From Camelus dromedarius (taxonomy: Eukaryota), in assembly GCF_036321535.1 (NCBI RefSeq), contig NC_087436.1, positions 52,950,001-53,014,000 of the forward strand: a DNA stretch of 64,000 bases. The letters run 5' to 3'. The translations under genes and the position numbers were made by a program. This document shows positions 63,421 through 64,000 of this stretch, in pieces. Positions within the stretch are counted from its first letter, which is position 1. The number at the start of each line of letters is the position of its first letter. Under the pieces are notes generated by a model. That model searched no databases. It saw only the letters and a list, made by a program, of their open reading frames with translations, and was not told where the DNA came from.

Positions 63421-63867
63421 ATTGCTGTTCTTAGGACGTATGCCTTCTTCCGTCAGGGTCAGCTTTGGAGTAACCGCCCAGGCACTCCCAGTGGCACCAC
63501 CAATGCCATCTGTGACCTGACCTGTTCACTTAACTTATTTGAAGTCACTTTCTGCATCTATAAAATGAGTATGATCATACTGTATTGAAGATGTTATCGT
63601 GAAGGCCAAATGGATGTGACTGGCTTAGTGCTGGCACAGAGCAGGGGGTTAGTAAATAATGACTCTCACAGCAGGAGAGCCGACTGTGGTACAATGAGCA
63701 TGAACTTGGGACCTGGAATCTCTGGGACTCCAGGCAGCCTGATTTCTCTGCTGCTGAGTCTCTTCGGATGTAAAGCGGAAATGCCAATACCCTTTGAAGA
63801 CCAGAGCTAGTGTATGCAAAATGTCTGCCTCTTAATAAGAACTCACTTTGGTTATTATTACCTATTC

Positions 63868-64000
63868 CCTGGGTCAGCAAACCACGTCTTGAGGGTCAGT
63901 TCCTGCCAGGGTGCACGTTTTTGTATGAAATGAGCCAAGAATAATTTTATGTTTTTGAATGGTGGGGAGAAAAAAGGAGAAGAATGTTTTATGACTCATG
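63868..64000 (+). mobile_element. MER58B-like hAT-Charlie element (runs off window)
   Basis: GGGTCAGCAAACCAC...GTTTTTGTA...GAGCCAAGAAT...TTTTTGAATGGT. Confidence 0.6.

Noticed and set aside
1..64000. Most ORFs in the six-frame track; prokaryote-style systems (operons, CRISPR, defence islands)
   Set aside because: The DNA is mammalian with spliced genes. The short ORFs are chance frames in introns or repeats unless they overlap real exons or TE proteins. No repeat-spacer array is visible.
49280..64000. DAPP1 exon 1 and promoter
   Set aside because: I found no MGRAE...-like N-terminal coding sequence on the minus strand by eye; it presumably lies beyond the window.

Overview
Mammalian (eutherian) genomic DNA, most likely camelid: it carries Vic-1-like tRNA-derived SINEs and I see no Alu, BovB/Bov-tA or PRE1 copies. 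Two intron-containing genes face each other tail to tail. LAMTOR3 (MP1/MAPKSP1, Ragulator subunit) lies on + with a CpG-island promoter at about 1-700, a non-coding exon 1 and six coding exons (753-15467; 375 nt = 124 aa + stop). DAPP1 (Bam32, SH2+PH adaptor) lies on - with coding exons 2-9 (49279 down to 20711; 742 nt); exon 1 is not in the window and presumably lies beyond 64000. All coding exons have GT-AG boundaries and consistent phases. The rest is intronic or intergenic DNA rich in old repeats: a near-full-length Tigger1, a second Tigger remnant, MaLR/ERVL LTRs, L1, L2, CR1, MIR and MER elements. I found no convincing novel multi-gene system. The best leads are inverted SINEs bracketing the frame-symmetric DAPP1 exon 2, orphan CpG-rich patches (one on an ancient L2), a local ~130-bp duplication, a probable mRNA 3'UTR retrocopy and a WYHG-to-WYHS change in the SH2 domain. 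Repeat family names and orthologue comparisons are from memory and need RepeatMasker/BLAST confirmation.
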